NCBI GenBank assembly: GCA_043228905.1
Contig: JBHGNT010000001.1
Coordinates: forward strand, 27,776,001-27,840,000
Direction of reading: 5' to 3'
Origin: Azolla caroliniana
Lineage: Eukaryota > Plantae > Polypodiophyta
DNA: 64,000 bases
A program made the translations under genes and the position numbers. Each line of letters begins with the position of its first letter. The stretch's first letter is position 1. Below the pieces are notes generated by a model that did not search any database, was not told the DNA's origin, and saw only the letters and a list, made by a program, of their open reading frames with translations. Positions 63,120 to 64,000 of this stretch are shown one piece after another.

Positions 63120-64000
63120 GTTTTATTTTTTTCCAAAAAAGATACTACTTTAGTATTAGAAAACACCATAAGGCTAAACATACAAGATATACAACCCGAT
63201 CCCCTATGTTTTTCTAACTTCTAAGTTCTAATCATCGGCTTAAATAAATACTTTGGTGTTGAGTAAAACCACTCCACCGTATAAAAAAGTATTCTATAAA
63301 AAGTCCCAAATGGCATGAAACTCCAAACACTTAAGCTCCACTCGATGCGTATTACCTTTTATACTATCCAACAACCCTCTGAGATTATGCACAATCTCTA
63401 TCCACATCCCGAATTTATTTGGGCAGGTCTTTCAGTCACATTTTGAAATACCTTCAAACATTGAGCCTTCCAAATATACCAAATTGTAATACTACTTACC
63501 AATTGCCATATTTGAGGTTTATCAATTTGTATTTGTGGATTCAGAGGGATCAAATTTTTTTCCATTAAACCATGTCTCATCATAATAGCATCAACAACCT
63601 CCTCATGTTCATATACCATAGGTTTATCATGTACCACCGCCCATAATATTGCACCCCATGTATACACTGATCTAGGATATACTAGAGTTAATAATTTTAT
63701 GATTCATTTCCATATGTCCAAAGCAAAACCATAACTCCCCAAATAATGTTTAGCAGTCTCTATTACATCTGTACAAAAAGGGCACATCTTGTCTACATTT
63801 CCTTTTTGCCACCCATTAACTGGTATAACATTATGAACCAACAACCATCGAAAACAAGCAATTTTCCTACTCATCTTATACCCCATAGCCATTTCCAAAA
63901 TTGTTTGAGATGTTGTGGAGAAAGTCCATTTTGTCTCCAAACAACATTTGCAGTTGGTTCTTTCCATGATCTAGCACCTAATATTTTCCTACCAATCTTC
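63120..64000 (-). mobile_element. LINE (L1/Tx1-like) 3' ORF2 remnant with 3' UTR (continues beyond the right edge)
   Basis: CPFCTDVIETAKHYL and YTWGAILWAVVHDKPMVYE...ITIWYIWKAQCLKVF. Homologous to 59700-60500. A-rich tail at about 63120-63132. Confidence 0.85.

Overview
AT-rich eukaryotic nuclear DNA from a land plant. It is most likely a fern or another seed-free vascular plant, inferred from long intronless PLS-class PPR genes with a KKPGKA-type PG box. Nine apparently intact protein-coding genes were reconstructed by hand: two PLS/E-class PPR genes, a SAM-domain protein, a SPARK/RKF3-type receptor kinase, a two-pore K+ channel (TPK), a UDP-Rha/UDP-Gal-type nucleotide-sugar transporter, an IDM1-like PHD-GNAT histone acetyltransferase, and two small spliced secreted Cys-rich peptides that the ORF track misses or mis-models (16090-16596 +, 57386-58136 -). 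There is also a PPR pseudogene, many decayed Copia, Gypsy and LINE fragments, hAT-type MITEs and microsatellites. The most interesting signal is the peptide pair. They resemble potato type II (Pin-II) protease inhibitors but have lost both cysteines of one canonical disulfide and gained a new cysteine pair, and they differ at the predicted P1 residue. Secondary signals: a 20-aa tandem repeat in the SAM protein, a decayed DYW-like tail behind the second PPR, and candidate poison and alternative exons plus intronic repeats in the IDM1-like gene. All family assignments come from motif recognition by eye; no database search was run.
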